The translations under genes were made by a program, and so were the position numbers. A stretch of DNA of 63,384 bases, filler included, from Theionarchaea archaeon (GTDB lineage Archaea; Methanobacteriota_B; Thermococci; Methanofastidiosales; SZ-28-30): the NCBI GenBank assembly GCA_018992565.1. It is 5 parts of 5 records of this genome, joined end to end, with 100 filler letters (N's around TTAATTAATTAA, not from the genome) between each part and the next. Parts side by side here need not be neighbours in the genome. Positions count along the whole stretch, not along the records: positions 58,355 to 63,384 come from JACVGW010000003.1; 4 more parts are not named here. One strand, given 5' to 3'. The notes under the pieces are model-generated. The model did no database searches. It worked only from the letters and a program-made list of their open reading frames with translations, and had not been told where the DNA came from. This document shows, one piece after another, positions 60,716 to 63,384 of this stretch. How positions within the stretch are numbered: position 1 is the stretch's first letter; each line of letters opens with the position of its first letter.

Positions 60716-61456
60716 CTATAATTCCATGGGGGCCAGATAGAAGGTCAGCCTGAGCCCTTCCACAGGAAAGCTGATGCGCAGAGGAAGGTTCTTGTCTCCC
60801 ATGTTGATACGCACCCTGTCCGAGATATAGGAAGAATGGAGAAAACTGATAAGATACCCCAAGTTGAATCTGGAACAACATTTCTCCCTGACTTCAAACT
60901 GCCGTATTGACTCACTGTTCTTCTCAATACGAATCTTTGCTCTTTCAGTGTCTCCTTCTGCAGAGATTACCAATGCGTCAGGTGTAGCCTCAAAAAGAAC
61001 AGAATTGGCCACGATAGCCGCATCACCAATCCCCTCCTTGAATACAGAAACGTCCATTTCTATGGAAACGGGATAATCGACGTTAATAGAGGGCAAAACC
61101 TCCACCTGGGGTTCCAACAACAGACACTGGAACTGACGTTCTATGGAGCTCTTCAAAATAAAATCCATAGTTCCCCCATTCAGTTCCATGAACATGCCGT
61201 CACCCATATGGATTCTCCTGGACACTTTCCTGAGCGCATTCATGGAAAGACCAATAGTCTGTTCATCCGTTGCAGAATACTCATTGAAGAACGAGCTGTA
61301 CAAATCCAATTCAACCTTGCACACAAGTGAAGGATCACAGGCCTCCATGCTCAGCTGGTTCTTCCTCAAAAAGAAGATGGCCTCATCTACCAGGTCCGAC
61401 ATTGATTCTATAATGTATTTCAAGTTCTTGGCGTCACTGAGGAAAGCCCTGAACAT
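60716..61456 (-). CDS. pcn: DNA sliding clamp PCNA (divergent)
   Basis: 246 aa; MF...LVDEA.F, DPS.V, F.EY and LTFYLAP. Confidence 0.85.
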   Translation of the reverse strand: MFRAFLSDAKNLKYIIESMSDLVDEAIFFLRKNQLSMEACDPSLVCKVELDLYSSFFNEYSATDEQTIGLSMNALRKVSRRIHMGDGMFMELNGGTMDFILKSSIERQFQCLLLEPQVEVLPSINVDYPVSIEMDVSVFKEGIGDAAIVANSVLFEATPDALVISAEGDTERAKIRIEKNSESIRQFEVREKCCSRFNLGYLISFLHSSYISDRVRINMGDKNLPLRISFPVEGLRLTFYLAPMEL

Positions 61457-61793
61457 AGTGATTTTCTTCTTTCCAGGCTATTAAAGCTTTCGCTCCATTG
61501 GGTCTGTTCAATGAGTTGGCGATTTATCTGTTATAAACAGATGAGAGCAACAATTCGCATTTTAAAGATAATTCTAAAATTAAATAATTCTTGGAAAAAT
61601 ATGAGTACTCTAGCTAAGATGCAAAGGTGGAATATAGAGTATGTGAAGAATGATCACACGATGCAGAATAACATGCAGGAACGTGTTGACACTGGTAACT
61701 GGAAATCAATATAGAACCTTAGCAGGTGAGAGACAATGAGAACAGGCTAATGTGAAAGGAAAGGAAATGAAAAGAAAAAGAAAAAAAGGATAA

Positions 61794-63384
61794 TTATCTC
61801 CTTAATTTTACAGTAGCGCCTAACAAGATAAGCAGGCTAACCAGGGTAGTTCCGAGGCAGCTTGTTGAGTTGTCAACACTGCACGTGACGGAGTGCTCAG
61901 CTTTGTACACGCCACCAACGTATCCCTCAGCCTTTACAGTGTGGCTACCATCAGAATATGCGGTGGTATCCCAGCTGTACTGGAAGGGTGATGAGGTGTC
62001 TTGGCCTACGTATGTACCGTCAATGTACCACTTAACAGTGTCACAGTTGCTGGTTGCAGCACATGTAACAGTGCCAGAGTACGTCTGTCCTGAGACAGGG
62101 GTGGTAATGGTCACAGTGTAGTCGATGACATTGTCCACGTTGACAGTCACAGAGTCAGTATCTGCCAGAGTACCAGACACGTATCCATCAGCCTTCACAG
62201 TGTGGTTGCCATCGGAGTATCCGGTGGTGTTCCAGCTGTAGCTGAAGGGTGATGAAGTGTCATCACTCACAAGTGTACCATCGATGTAGAACTTGACTTC
62301 ATCGATTGATCCAGTAATGGATGTGGTAACACTGACAGTTCCAGAGACTGTTGATCCGTTGGAGGGGTTTGTGATTGTCACTGAGTCAGGTGGCGGTGTT
62401 GAACCTCTCTGTGTGAGACAGGGTGACTCGGGGTCTCCTACCAGGTTTCTCTCGTAGAAGCACCATCTGTAGGTAGTGTTGCTGCTGGCTGAAGATGCCA
62501 GGTAGCTTCTTGCCTTGTTCAGCATGTCACCGAGTTTCTCCTTTCCGTCACTCCAGCAGGCTCTGAACTCAGCAATACAGTACTCACCAGAGTACATGCA
62601 TGCGTTGCCTGTGTTGAACCAGCCGTAGTTGTCGTTATAGATGGCTGCAATAGCACCATTGTTGGCATCCATGACGTACGCTTCTGCCAGACAGTCGTTA
62701 GCTTCGATCTGTCCACTGATGCAGGCGACACTGGTGGTCCAGGGCCAGAATGTATTGGTCATGCTGGCAACATCTGTGTTGTACCAGCTTACTGTACCAC
62801 CGATTTCGTAGTTGATATAGTAAACATTGGTATTTCCGTGTCCAATGTGAGCTACTGCTATTGCGTCCTGAGCCCAGTGAGAGATCCACGCTGACTTGGA
62901 AACAGTACCATTCTCCTCAAAGAGGTAGTCAATGTAGTAGCTTCCTGGAATGTAGTCGTCACACCCGTAAGCCAGGCATCTGGCGTCAGGGCTGTTATTG
63001 GACTGCACTCTTGACTGGTGGAGCAAGACTCTCAGAGGCTTGGCAGCCTGTTCGTAGGCAATGACCTTGTTGACGAAGTTCTGAGCCTCTGTTACAGACT
63101 GACATGGAGCTCTTCCTACAGCCACTTCTGCACCGAAGTCGACGCCATCACTGGTCTCACCATAGTTGCCGTCACCATCTGAGTTGTGACTGCCATCCAG
63201 GTGACCAAAGTACATGTCAGCAAGCATGTCGGAATCAGTGTATCCGCCAGTGGATACATAGAATCCTCTGTAGGGGACAGCAGCAGTGTCTCCACCCAGA
63301 AGGACATACTTACACCCATTGTTGGTGTACTTGTCAATGATGAAGTTTCTCATCTTCATCTGGGTGTCAGTACCAGAGTAGTTG
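61794..63384 (-). CDS. C25 (gingipain-like) cysteine peptidase with two Ig-like domains and a C-terminal anchor; 5' end beyond the window
   Basis: YVLLGGD, ADMYF, VGRAP, HIGHG, SVAC and NLVGDP; two ITxP...FYIDG...PFxYSWxT repeats; ends CLGTTLVSLLILLGATVKLRR. Confidence 0.88.
   Translation of the reverse strand, partial: NYSGTDTQMKMRNFIIDKYTNNGCKYVLLGGDTAAVPYRGFYVSTGGYTDSDMLADMYFGHLDGSHNSDGDGNYGETSDGVDFGAEVAVGRAPCQSVTEAQNFVNKVIAYEQAAKPLRVLLHQSRVQSNNSPDARCLAYGCDDYIPGSYYIDYLFEENGTVSKSAWISHWAQDAIAVAHIGHGNTNVYYINYEIGGTVSWYNTDVASMTNTFWPWTTSVACISGQIEANDCLAEAYVMDANNGAIAAIYNDNYGWFNTGNACMYSGEYCIAEFRACWSDGKEKLGDMLNKARSYLASSASSNTTYRWCFYERNLVGDPESPCLTQRGSTPPPDSVTITNPSNGSTVSGTVSVTTSITGSIDEVKFYIDGTLVSDDTSSPFSYSWNTTGYSDGNHTVKADGYVSGTLADTDSVTVNVDNVIDYTVTITTPVSGQTYSGTVTCAATSNCDTVKWYIDGTYVGQDTSSPFQYSWDTTAYSDGSHTVKAEGYVGGVYKAEHSVTCSVDNSTSCLGTTLVSLLILLGATVKLRR

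Noticed and set aside
61511..61714. 67-aa ORF in AT-rich DNA
   Set aside because: Lies in the PCNA promoter and peptidase terminator region and has no coding features.
61860..62400. Similar DNA blocks in the peptidase gene as a repeat array
   Set aside because: They encode two Ig-like domains. No CRISPR array or cas gene was seen anywhere in the window.

Overview
This is archaeal DNA, as shown by an HMf-type histone, RFC small subunit, PCNA, FAU-1, an intron-containing tRNA, TATA promoters and GGAGGTGA ribosome-binding sites. It is probably a Thermococci-related MAG such as Theionarchaea or Methanofastidiosa (inference). The window is five scaffolds joined by N-TTAATTAATTAA-N linkers, so adjacency across a linker is meaningless: A 1-8847, B 8948-17706, C 17807-26476, D 26577-58254, E 58355-63384. 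A holds decayed RHS/IS/beta-propeller debris, MATE, rfcS and a RiPP-like cluster (tandem PqqD/RRE, two radical SAM/SPASM enzymes, glycosyltransferase) with no visible precursor. B holds an arginine deiminase operon followed by a P3A H+-ATPase, then a second rSAM/SPASM pair. C holds an mbhA-N-type group 4 [NiFe] hydrogenase/Mrp operon (mbhH-I fused, mbhN cut by the scaffold end), led by a CooF-like ferredoxin and a shortened CODH-fold protein lacking several catalytic residues. D is mostly housekeeping but has an unexplained locus: a secreted protein with a (Thr-Cys)x10 tail, divergent from two ~850-aa membrane proteins with degenerate archaeosortase-like and GATase/GIFT-like domains. E holds PadR/ino1, PCNA and a gingipain-like C25 protease with a CLGT-TM-basic C-terminal signal. 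The best candidates for undescribed systems are the TC-repeat locus (with possible in-trans rSAM maturases) and the mini-CooS-Mbh complex. All protein calls are from motif recognition by eye; no database search was run.
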